Shown: positions 1-9,657, counted from the stretch's first letter. The stretch is DNA of 19,095 bases from an uncultured Planctomycetia bacterium (GCA_964580675.1 CAZOLI010000001.1:148703-167797), one strand, 5' to 3'. The notes: generated by a model not told the origin, from the letters alone. Made by a program: numbers and translations.

Positions 1-1869
1 GGATTCCGGGAGGGTTGGCTTTTCATGTTTCCCGATCACCCCGCCCTGGTGGTCGATATGGTCACTTTCGCACTCATTATGGGGATTTCCTTTGTCAGTG
101 CCGGACTGGCATTCCGTGTACAGTACGCCATTCTCGCCGTGATTGTGGCGTCGCTCATCGCCATCGTCATCCCGGTGTTTCAGAATGCCCTGACGGAACC
201 CATAAACTGGTTCGGATCCTTCCCCGGCTCCCCGGAGGACGGATTCCAGGGCACGGGTTTCTGGTACGTGTTCGCCGTGTTTTTTCCCGCCACCACCGGC
301 ATAATGGCCGGCGCCAATATGTCCGGTGAACTAAAGAACCCGAAACGAAGCATCCCGGTGGGCACCCTTGGTGCCATCGGATTAAGCCTTGTGATTTACG
401 TGGGGGTTGCTTATCTGCTGGCCCGAATGGCGTCCCCGGAAGAATTGACAGCGAATTACACCATTCTGGTTGACAAAGCCTTCTGGGGACCCGCGGTGCT
501 GGCCGGGATTCTTGGGGCGACGTTTTCCTCGGGGCTTGCCTCCTTTGTTGGGGCTCCACGGATTCTACAGGCCCTCGGCAGTCATCGCATTCTTCCGATG
601 GGACCCTGGCTGTCGGAACGCACGGAGTCCGGTGAACCACGAAATGCGTTGATCATTACGGGCGTCATCGTGTTTTTCGGTTTGCTCCTGCGGGATCTGA
701 ACGCCATCGCTCCGCTGATCACCATGTTCTTCCTGATTACCTACCTCATGATTAACGCCGTGGTACTCATGGAACAGAGCCTGAGTTTGATCAGTTTTCG
801 TCCGGAATTCCGGGTTCCGACCTTCGTTCCGTTTCTCGGCTTCACCGGCTGCCTGTTTGCCATGTTTATCGTGAACCCGGTGTTCAGTCTCGTGGCCATC
901 TCATTTGTCACGGTTGTCTATGTCTTTTTGCTACGTGCCTCCCTGAACGCCCCTTTCGGGGACATGCGAAGCGGTCTGTTCGTGGCAATGGCGGAATGGG
1001 CCGGCGGCATCATCAACCGGATGCCCTCCTCACAGGAGCGCGCATGGAAACCCAATCTTCTCGTCCCCGTGGAATCTCCCGGTGAGTTACTTGGTTCCTA
1101 CCGGACCATCCTCGACGTGGCGTCCCCAAAAGGATCGGTCAAGGTCTTTGCCATTTCGTCGCGGATGCCACAATCCCACCTGAACGCCCGAATTCCTTAT
1201 CTTTCCCGTTCTTTTGAGGAGGACGGCATCTCCGCCCGCTCGGCCGTGATCGAGTCCAATTCCTACCGCGACGGCGTACGCACGGTCATCCAGACCATGA
1301 AGGGCATCACGTTTCAGCCCAACATCCTGTTCCTGACCCTTCTGGAGTCGGAGGAAAAAGGCCGGGAAATCATAAACGACCAGACGTACCTGATTGACTA
1401 TGCGGAGGAATCAAACATGGGCGCCATCCTGTACGGCCGGCACCCGAAAGCCGGCGTAGGACGACGAAGGGACATCAACCTCTGGTTCTCCAGTCAGGAA
1501 CCGGAATGGAAAATATCCACAACCCTCGGACATCAGGACCTGGCCCTGCTCACCGCGTTTAAAATCCACCGTCAGTGGAACGGAGCCCTGCGCATCATCA
1601 CGACCGTCTCGAACGTAGAACAGGAGGAGCAGGCAAGAGAATACATGAAAAACCTGAAAGACCTCTGCCGGATGCCCGGAGCGGAAATCCAAATTATCGT
1701 GGGTGATTTCGACGAAGCGGTGGCCGGAGCCCCAACAGCCGACCTGGATATTTTCGGTATGCCGGAAAACCCCAACCGGACGGCCGATTTCTTTTATGGT
1801 ATGCTTGAAAAAACGGAAAGTTCATGCCTTTACGTCCGTGACTCCGGCCAGGAAAACGCGATGGCCTGA
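1..1869 (+). CDS. Cation-chloride cotransporter (SLC12/CCC family within the APC superfamily), 5'-truncated at the window edge. Reading frame 1 is open from base 1. The window covers the C-terminal transmembrane segments and the cytoplasmic C-terminal domain.
   Basis: The translation contains the SLC12 signature FFPATTGIMAGANMSGELKNPKRSIPVGT within a run of TM helices. A KPNLLVPV junction (compare KCC WRPQLLVL) leads into a roughly 270-aa soluble C-terminal domain. The frame is open upstream of the first Met (G F R E G W L F M...). Stop TGA at 1867-1869. Confidence 0.85.
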   Translation, partial: GFREGWLFMFPDHPALVVDMVTFALIMGISFVSAGLAFRVQYAILAVIVASLIAIVIPVFQNALTEPINWFGSFPGSPEDGFQGTGFWYVFAVFFPATTGIMAGANMSGELKNPKRSIPVGTLGAIGLSLVIYVGVAYLLARMASPEELTANYTILVDKAFWGPAVLAGILGATFSSGLASFVGAPRILQALGSHRILPMGPWLSERTESGEPRNALIITGVIVFFGLLLRDLNAIAPLITMFFLITYLMINAVVLMEQSLSLISFRPEFRVPTFVPFLGFTGCLFAMFIVNPVFSLVAISFVTVVYVFLLRASLNAPFGDMRSGLFVAMAEWAGGIINRMPSSQERAWKPNLLVPVESPGELLGSYRTILDVASPKGSVKVFAISSRMPQSHLNARIPYLSRSFEEDGISARSAVIESNSYRDGVRTVIQTMKGITFQPNILFLTLLESEEKGREIINDQTYLIDYAEESNMGAILYGRHPKAGVGRRRDINLWFSSQEPEWKISTTLGHQDLALLTAFKIHRQWNGALRIITTVSNVEQEEQAREYMKNLKDLCRMPGAEIQIIVGDFDEAVAGAPTADLDIFGMPENPNRTADFFYGMLEKTESSCLYVRDSGQENAMA

Positions 1870-1998
1870 TCGACGCACAAAAGAAACAAAAACACCACAT
1901 ATCGTCCCCGTTCATTACAATCGTGGTGGACACCACCGGATTCATCTGTTACTTCTCCGTGGCTTACTGGATCCTCAGTTGATAATCGCCAACCCTGG

Positions 1999-2715
1999 GT
2001 GAGAAGTCTCAAAACGTTTTTCTCCAAACCCCGCACGTGGATTCTTCTGCTTCTCGCCGCGGGGGGCGTTCTCGCAGTAACGGTACTGGACGTGGAACAG
2101 CAGTTCCGAACCCTGTTTCGGGAATCCATTGAACCCTGGATTCAAACGCATCCCGTCTCCGGCCCTCTGGCCTTTGTGGGCGTTTACGTACTGGCCACAC
2201 TTCTCTTTGTTCCCGGTTCTCTCCTGGGGTTGTTTGCCGGGGCCCTGTTTGGACCGGTCAAGGGAACTGTTATTGTCTCCGTTGCCTCCACAATTGGGGC
2301 CGGACTGGCCTTTCTCGCCGGCCGGTACCTGTTTCAGAATTGGATTGAACAAATTGCGGGCGATCGTCTGAATCGGATGCAGGAAGGAATCCGCCGGAAC
2401 GGCGGAAAATTCGTGGCGTTCACACGGCTCATTCCGCTCTTTCCCTTCAACATCCTGAATTTTGCCTTCGGCCTCACGAGGATTAACTTCTGGCGGTACG
2501 TCTGGATCTCGTGGCTCTGCATGCTTCCCGGAACCACCATGTACGTGTACTTCGGCTGGGCGGGCAAAGAGCTGGCGACCGGAGAACAAAAGAGCATCGA
2601 ACGAATCGCTCTCCTGGTCTTTGCCGGGGTGGCCCTTATTCTCCTTTACTGGATCCTCCGCCGATGGTTTCGATCGGAGACCGACATCGAGGAATCACCG
2701 GAAGGTACGGAATAA
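1999..2715 (+). CDS. TVP38/TMEM64 (DedA/SNARE-associated PF09335) family integral membrane protein, GTG start
   Basis: 238 aa and polytopic. The conserved DedA-type core FVPGSLLGLFAGALFG...G..L.F..GRYL and the re-entrant motif LIPLFPFNILNFAFGLT are present. GTG start with no obvious Shine-Dalgarno sequence. Confidence 0.85.
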   Translation: MRSLKTFFSKPRTWILLLLAAGGVLAVTVLDVEQQFRTLFRESIEPWIQTHPVSGPLAFVGVYVLATLLFVPGSLLGLFAGALFGPVKGTVIVSVASTIGAGLAFLAGRYLFQNWIEQIAGDRLNRMQEGIRRNGGKFVAFTRLIPLFPFNILNFAFGLTRINFWRYVWISWLCMLPGTTMYVYFGWAGKELATGEQKSIERIALLVFAGVALILLYWILRRWFRSETDIEESPEGTE

Positions 2716-2745
2716 TCACACTTCCGTCCGTTTCGTTCCGTTCTG
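2703..2745 (+). terminator. Putative intrinsic terminator of the TVP38 gene
   Basis: ACGGAA-taatcacac-TTCCGT forms a 6-bp stem that spans the TAA stop. It is followed by the T-rich tract CCGTTTCGTTCCGTTCTG. Confidence 0.4.
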
Positions 2746-3075
2746 ACCGTGTGTCGGATATGGAGGTGTGGGTTTTTGGGTTTATATGTTGCTGCGTTGA
2801 GTTGATGGGTTTAAGGGTGGTGTATGTGGACGGTTTCATTTCGAGGAGATCCAGCAACGTTTCAGTCCACACGGTCCCGAAACGTCCCATTATAACTCAC
2901 TCCGGCCCCGACTACTTGTCCTTCACGGACCAGTTATTAAGCCTGTACGGCCCGGCGGGACCGGCCTCCTCCGACGTCACAACGTCACGAATTTCCTCTT
3001 CCCCGGTTTTTCCGGGATCAAAGCGAACCGTAAATTTCCGGCTCGACGTATCGTACGATGCGTCCCGAATTCCTT

Positions 3076-3094
3076 GAAGCCCATCCAGGGCTTC
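3076..3094 (-). terminator. Stable hairpin about 25 nt downstream of the lipoprotein stop. Possible U-tract-less or bidirectional terminator.
   Basis: GAAGCCC-atcca-GGGCTTC has a perfect 7-bp stem and a 5-nt loop. No U-run follows on either strand. Confidence 0.3.
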
Positions 3095-3118
3095 TGTAAT
3101 GCTATCCGGTCAACTCAT

Positions 3119-3370
3119 TCACACTTCTCCGTTCCGCACAACCATTCCTTCCACAAAAAAGGTCGCAGTCTTTTCGTCGGATTGCTTCTGCCCGTTGCCC
3201 ACCGATTTCTGACGATCGGTTTCCCGGGATGAATGGTCCTCCACTTTTTTGGATTCGTCGGACTTACGTTTCTCCTCCCCGGACGTGGTTTCCTGACGAC
3301 CGCAACCAACGAGGACCAAACTCAATAGGAACATAAAAGGAATCATTCTGTACAGCGTTGTTCGAGGCAT
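3119..3370 (-). CDS. Small secreted lipoprotein of about 83 aa. The mature part is highly charged and probably disordered.
   Basis: The signal peptide MIPFMFLLSLVLVGC carries a lipobox (LVGC). A GGAGGTG ribosome-binding site lies 7 nt upstream of the ATG at 3370, so the upstream in-frame Met at 3379 is less likely. After the Cys the protein is mostly K/E/D/S/T/Q. It lies 60 bp downstream of the GGDEF gene on the same strand. Confidence 0.6.
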   Translation of the reverse strand: MPRTTLYRMIPFMFLLSLVLVGCGRQETTSGEEKRKSDESKKVEDHSSRETDRQKSVGNGQKQSDEKTATFFVEGMVVRNGEV

Positions 3371-3432
3371 ATAACACACCTCCGGATAAAAAATTTCCCC
3401 TGTTTATTTTCATATAGGTTCTTTAAAGGTTT

Positions 3433-4482
3433 TCAATCCTTTGAGGACGCATGAACAACCTGATTCCGCCCCTGTTGTTTGGCGCGGTACAGAGCTTCAT
3501 CCGCCTCCTGAATGATGGGGATCATCTCCTGATCCGAAGGGAGATCCTCCCTTGTGGTGACACCAATGCTTGTGGTTATGGGGACATCCGATTCCTCGGG
3601 AAACGAAAACGGCGTCTCCGCAATACTCTGTCGAATTCGCTCCGCAAGCTCAACCGCCGTTTCTCGATCGGCCTCCGAAAAATGAATAAGAAACTCCTCC
3701 CCACCATATCGTCCGATGCAGTCCGAAGGTCGCAAATTGCGTCGAAGCCGGCTGGTCACCCCGACCAGGACCCGATCCCCCACCACATGTCCGAATTCAT
3801 CATTGACTCCTTTGAAATGATCGATGTCCAGCATACCGACGGAAAAAGGAGTCCCGTCCCGTCGAGTTTCCTTTGCCGATTCCTCAAGGATCTTCTCCAT
3901 GGCCGACCGATTCCAGCACTGTGTCAGATCGTCAATGGCCGCGGACCGCCGTGCTGTTTCAAGTTCTTCTGTTAATCGATCCATTTCCCGATTTATGTAA
4001 TCACGCGAAAGTTCATCCTCCACAATGGTTCGCAGATCCTTCAGCAATTCCACTTCCTTATCAGTGGGTTCCCTCGGTTCCTGATCGTAAGCGCAGAGAG
4101 CGCCGGCCGGAAAACCTCCCGGCGTCCGAACAACCGCCCCCATATAGAACCGGATGCCCGGTTCCCCGGTTACAAGCGGATTATCCGAGAAGCGGGGATC
4201 CTGTTTCGCGTCGGGCACAATCATCACCTTCCCTTCCAGTATTGCATGACCGCAGAACGAGTTCTCCCGTTTGGTTTCGGACGTTAGTGACCCACACCGT
4301 GATTTGGCCCATTGATCGTCATCATGGATGATGTTAAATGCTGCAAATTCCGTGTCCAGAGCGTTCGCGGCAATACGAATGATGCGGTCAAAACGCTCTT
4401 CGGCGGGGGTGTAGAGGAGATTCAGGGAGCGGACTTCTTTAAGTCGCTCCTCTTCATTATCGGGAATTGATGGTTTTTTCAC
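3433..4482 (-). CDS. GAF domain-containing diguanylate cyclase (GGDEF). The A-site GGEEF and the inhibitory I-site RxxD are both present.
   Basis: 349 aa. The N-terminal GAF-like region has E.ERL..L..L.LL....E..FDRI and a central GAF fold. The C-terminal GGDEF domain has RPSD-CIGRY-GGEEF, which is RxxD, then 5 residues, then GGEEF, the same spacing as in PleD. GTG start. Confidence 0.9.
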   Translation of the reverse strand: MKKPSIPDNEEERLKEVRSLNLLYTPAEERFDRIIRIAANALDTEFAAFNIIHDDDQWAKSRCGSLTSETKRENSFCGHAILEGKVMIVPDAKQDPRFSDNPLVTGEPGIRFYMGAVVRTPGGFPAGALCAYDQEPREPTDKEVELLKDLRTIVEDELSRDYINREMDRLTEELETARRSAAIDDLTQCWNRSAMEKILEESAKETRRDGTPFSVGMLDIDHFKGVNDEFGHVVGDRVLVGVTSRLRRNLRPSDCIGRYGGEEFLIHFSEADRETAVELAERIRQSIAETPFSFPEESDVPITTSIGVTTREDLPSDQEMIPIIQEADEALYRAKQQGRNQVVHASSKD

Positions 4483-4624
4483 AATTCGTTTCAGTCAAAA
4501 ATTTCACTTCGAACGATGTCGGCTTTCACCCGTCTCGACCAACAAACCCAAATAGTTGGGTCATTATCTCGATTTCCCTGAATAGAAAATCTCCAAGGAA
4601 CAACGCAATTCATTCTTTGGCCAC

Positions 4625-4642
4625 CAGGATTATACCACATAT
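4625..4642 (-). promoter_or_regulatory. Candidate extended -10 promoter (TGGTATAAT on the - strand) for the GGDEF and lipoprotein genes
   Basis: The reverse complement of 4629-4637 is TGGTATAAT, a perfect TGnTATAAT. The -35 is weak. It would give a 5' UTR of about 140 nt before the GTG at 4482. Confidence 0.4.
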
Positions 4643-4697
4643 ATTTGAACAACGCGAAAGATTTACAGTCATGTTAACCGTAACCGAAACAATTACC

Positions 4698-4735
4698 AAA
4701 AAACCGGACCGGGGCCGGAAATCCCGGGGAATTTG
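4698..4735 (-). terminator. Possible intrinsic terminator at the end of the peroxiredoxin transcript
   Basis: On the - strand the segment CCCCGGGAUUUCCGGCCCCGGUCCGG is GC-rich and built from palindromic CCGG units. It is followed directly by UUUUUU (+ strand AAAAAA at 4698-4703). It sits upstream of the candidate GGDEF promoter. Confidence 0.3.
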
Positions 4736-4946
4736 CGTTTACGGCATCAGAGAATCTCAACGAACCGAGACAAACGGCGGGACCACAACCGGTATATTGC
4801 GTGGGAGACCCGCAAAATGGACGAAACAGAAGGGAGGGGAGTGAGAGAATGATGAGGGATCGAAACGGGGAAAGGATGAACGGATGTGTACAGGAAATCT
4901 ATCCCCTTTGTATTGATGACGTGAATGATAGGTATGGATACACGTC

Positions 4947-5423
4947 CTACAGCGATTCCACGGTCTCCCGAATCCGGTCAAATGGGGGAAGCTGACCCGG
5001 ATCCTCCGATTCCCAGCTGAAACGAATGACGCCGTCGCCGTCAATGACAAACGCCGATCGGTTTGCGACGCTTTTCAATCCATTCAATTCCTTCCGCTTT
5101 ATGTCGTAATCGTTAATCATCTCCCGGTTAAAATCCGATAGCAGGGGAAGGTCAAAATCTTCCTGTTCCTTCCAGGCCGCCAGCGCAAAGGGAGAATCCA
5201 CGGTGATGCCCAGTACTTCGGCCCCCAGACGGCGGTACTGATCCAGGTTTTCACTGACCTGACAGGCTTCCTCCGTGCACACGGAGGTAAACGCCATGGG
5301 GAAGAAAAGAAGCACCAGATTGAACCCTTCTGCATCACGCAGGGAAACCCGGGACTCCGGATCATCTGCGGTTGGAACACTGAACGAGGGGGCTTTGGTT
5401 CCTTCGGAACGTGCCATGGTCAT
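4947..5423 (-). CDS. bcp: Thiol peroxidase or peroxiredoxin, Bcp/PrxQ type (AhpC/TSA family, atypical 2-Cys with C-X4-C)
   Basis: The thioredoxin-fold signature FPMAFTSVCTEEAC carries the peroxidatic Cys and a second Cys 5 residues later, as in Bcp. 158 aa. TAG stop at 4947-4949. Confidence 0.88.
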   Translation of the reverse strand: MTMARSEGTKAPSFSVPTADDPESRVSLRDAEGFNLVLLFFPMAFTSVCTEEACQVSENLDQYRRLGAEVLGITVDSPFALAAWKEQEDFDLPLLSDFNREMINDYDIKRKELNGLKSVANRSAFVIDGDGVIRFSWESEDPGQLPPFDRIRETVESL

Positions 5424-5431
5424 CCAGTAAA

Positions 5432-5478
5432 ACGGAGAGAGAAAATAAACATCCCCGGGATGAATAAATCCCGGGGAT
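5432..5478 (-). terminator. Rho-independent terminator or attenuator between katG and the peroxiredoxin gene
   Basis: Perfect 12-bp inverted repeat CATCCCCGGGAT-gaataa-ATCCCGGGGATG at 5449-5478. On the - strand it is followed at once by UUUAUUUUCUCUCUCC. It lies about 118 nt after the katG stop and ends 26 nt before the peroxiredoxin ATG. Confidence 0.55.
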
Positions 5479-5595
5479 GGTCGAGGGAAATTGTTGGTTT
5501 CGGTCGGGTGCTGCCGTACGGAAGCGTCTTCAGGGTATACCGAACATCACGGCAACCGGACCGAAGACGATCAAATCTCAAAGAGCCCGTCCGGA

Positions 5596-7836
<2,241 letters not shown>

Positions 7837-8015
7837 TTACTCGTAAAAAAAGAACCACGAATGAATGAAAAACAAACATCGAGGAAAGAGGTTCATCTTT
7901 CCTTCATCCAACAGAACTTCACGAAATGTTTTCCGCAAATTTGTTCCGTCCGGTCCCGAACTGCCGTTTCTCTGGCGTTCTTATTCTTCCGAAACAGAGG
8001 CCCCGGAACACCCGA

Positions 8016-8489
8016 TCAGGTCGAGGGGGACGTCGCCTGTTCCACCGTTTCTTCTCCCTCGGGACGACAGTCACGGCAAACCCCTTTGAAGTAAATGGAA
8101 TAGTCCGTTACGTCAAACATCTCCTCGGGCACGTCCGGGAGCTCCGGTTCACCCCGATCGTCCGGCTCGAAGTCAATCACCCGATCACAATTCCGGCAGA
8201 CGAGGTGATGGTGGTGGGAGGTGTTCGGGTCGAACCGGTACTGGTCCTCCGGGTGATAGACCTTGTCAACAAGGCCCAGATCCACAAGGGTTTCCAGCAC
8301 CCTGTACACCGTTGTCCGGGAGACTTCCGGCATTTCCTCCTGCACACTTCGATAGACCTCATCGGCCGTCGGGTGTTCTTCTTTCCGCAGCAGTTCCTCG
8401 AAGATTTTGCGTTTCTGAACGGTAACTCGAAGGTTTTTCTCCTTGCACCGGCTCTCGAACTGGTCAAGTTTTTCCCGGAGAGTGGACAA
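8016..8489 (-). CDS. fur: Fur-family metalloregulator (FurA/PerR-like), TTG start, encoded directly upstream of katG on the same strand
   Basis: 157 aa. A winged-helix N-terminus (L.V.V....IFEELL....HPTADEVY) is followed by the HHHHLVCRNC and CRDC metal and structural-Zn motifs typical of Fur and PerR. Confidence 0.88.
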   Translation of the reverse strand: MSTLREKLDQFESRCKEKNLRVTVQKRKIFEELLRKEEHPTADEVYRSVQEEMPEVSRTTVYRVLETLVDLGLVDKVYHPEDQYRFDPNTSHHHHLVCRNCDRVIDFEPDDRGEPELPDVPEEMFDVTDYSIYFKGVCRDCRPEGEETVEQATSPST

Positions 8490-8493
8490 TTCG

Positions 8494-8510
8494 TTATTTC
8501 TTGCAAATAA
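8494..8510 (-). promoter_or_regulatory. Candidate Fur/PerR operator (auto-regulatory) lying between the fur promoter and the start codon
   Basis: TTATTT-cttgc-AAATAA is a perfect 6-bp inverted repeat with a 5-bp spacer, set in AT-rich DNA immediately 5' of the TTG start. Confidence 0.4.
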
Positions 8511-8537
8511 TTTCCAACAAATATCAGATTAAATGTG

Positions 8538-8566
8538 ATTTTATTTTCTTCCGTTCCTCGTTTCAA
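8538..8566 (-). promoter_or_regulatory. Sigma70-like promoter of the fur-katG operon
   Basis: On the - strand: TTGAAA (-35, + coordinates 8561-8566), a 17-nt spacer, then TAAAAT (-10, + coordinates 8538-8543). Confidence 0.5.
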
Positions 8567-8869
8567 ACATCGATCACACGTTTCTTTGAGCATGTGTTCA
8601 CAACCACACGGGACCTCTCAACAGAAATTCTTCTCCACCCGGAAAAGCCCTTCCCGGGTCCCCGATCGTGCCCGTACCCACTCGTGTTTAAAGGTCCCGG
8701 GAACAGACAACGACGTGATCGAACGACCTGTCCGCCACGGGGTCGCCATCGGCGTCCGCCGGGACCATGACGGAGAACGTCGTCGCATTCCCCCCTATCA
8801 CAGGCCCGGAGGGGCAAATAAACGTCCGCACATCGCCCGAGTCGGTATTTGGCTGAACCCTCTGCCGGC

Positions 8870-8899
8870 GTTGATAAAAACCAATGAAGGCCATAAAAT
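8870..8899 (+). promoter_or_regulatory. Sigma70-like promoter of the nfeD/yqiJ-flotillin operon
   Basis: TTGATA (8870-8875), 17-18 nt spacer, then ATAAAAT (-10 at about 8893-8899). It lies in an AT-rich stretch about 60 nt upstream of the ATG at 8963. Confidence 0.5.
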
Positions 8900-8962
8900 A
8901 TAAAAAAATTTTCAGAATGACACCATTTGAGCACAACATTTTCAAATGGACGGTGACCCGCT

Positions 8963-9607
8963 ATGAACGAGTGGTGGAACACCCTTCAGACGGCGGAACA
9001 GGTTTTTTATATTATCGGACTGGCCTCCACGCTTGTCGTCTTTCTGCAGATGCTGTTGCTGCTTCTCGGGTTCACGCAGGAACTTGACATGGCCGAAGGA
9101 GGAACGGATGTTGACGGATTTGATCCCGGCGGGGTCGACGCCGACCTGGATATGGACCTGGACGCGGATGCGGACCTGGACGTGGATGACTCCGGCGGAA
9201 GCGGCCTTCGGTTAATCTCCGTACGAACGGTCATGGCGTTCTTTGTCGGGTTCGGCTGGTCGGGTGCTCTCGCCATGGAAAACGGGTTTGCCGTGACCCG
9301 GTCAACACTTATCGCCCTGGGTGGAGGGGCCGTATTTATGGGCATCGTGTATTACATCATGACGTTCTTCCTCAGTCTGCGCCACTCGGGATCCCTGGAT
9401 TACCGGTCCGCCATCGGAAAACCGGCCACGGTGTACCTGGACATTCCGCCGAACAAATCAGGGACCGGCAAAGTGCAGGTCAAAATTCAGGGTCGGGTCA
9501 AAACCATTGACGCGGTTTCGGAAGAGGCCAAAAAAATTGATAGTCAGAGCCGGGTACAGGTCGTTGGATTGCAGGACGAAAACACCGTGATCGTTAAGCC
9601 GGATTAA
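8963..9607 (+). CDS. NfeD short-form / YqiJ-like inner-membrane protein, the flotillin partner. It has N-terminal TM helices, a C-terminal OB-fold beta-barrel, and an unusual acidic D/L-repeat insertion.
   Basis: 214 aa. There is one TM helix, an acidic insert (DVDGFDPGGVDADLDMDLDADADLDVDD), two or three further TM helices, and then a soluble C-terminus (GKVQVKIQGRVKTIDAVSEE...VQVVGLQDENTVIVKP) typical of the NfeD OB domain. It is immediately followed by a flotillin gene, the same layout as E. coli yqiJ-yqiK and B. subtilis nfeD-floT. Confidence 0.8.
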   Translation: MNEWWNTLQTAEQVFYIIGLASTLVVFLQMLLLLLGFTQELDMAEGGTDVDGFDPGGVDADLDMDLDADADLDVDDSGGSGLRLISVRTVMAFFVGFGWSGALAMENGFAVTRSTLIALGGGAVFMGIVYYIMTFFLSLRHSGSLDYRSAIGKPATVYLDIPPNKSGTGKVQVKIQGRVKTIDAVSEEAKKIDSQSRVQVVGLQDENTVIVKPD

Positions 9608-9657
9608 TCCCGGACCGTTCGCCCCGCGAATCTGCACTACATACTGGAGGAAAACAG

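Noticed and set aside
2511-3077. 188-aa ORF on the + strand (internal Met MEVWVFGFICCC...) spanning the TVP38/lipoprotein convergent gap
   Set aside because: Its first half overlaps the TVP38 gene out of frame. The remainder is Ser/Pro/Arg-rich and low-complexity with no ribosome-binding site. The region is better explained by a terminator plus a G/T-rich tract.
4849-4995. 48-aa ORF on the + strand with an apparently excellent GGGAGGGGAG ribosome-binding site
   Set aside because: The site belongs to a long purine tract that is the complement of a C/U-rich 3' UTR on the - strand. The peptide is hydrophilic and low-complexity, and it overlaps the peroxiredoxin C-terminus in antisense. A chance ORF is more likely.
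8688-8945. 85-aa ORF on the - strand (MKMLCSNGVILKIFLYFMAFIGFY...) in the fur/nfeD divergent region
   Set aside because: Its N-terminal hydrophobic part is translated from the AT-rich nfeD promoter itself (TTGATA...ATAAAAT). It uses a TTG start and has no ribosome-binding site. Only its GC-rich C-terminal half looks protein-like, and I kept that as a possible gene remnant in a finding rather than as a CDS.
9100-9200. Short tandem repeats (GACCTGGA and similar) that might suggest a CRISPR or minisatellite
   Set aside because: The repeats are in frame inside the nfeD coding sequence and encode an acidic D-L/D-A peptide. They are 8-9 bp units with no spacers, not CRISPR-like.
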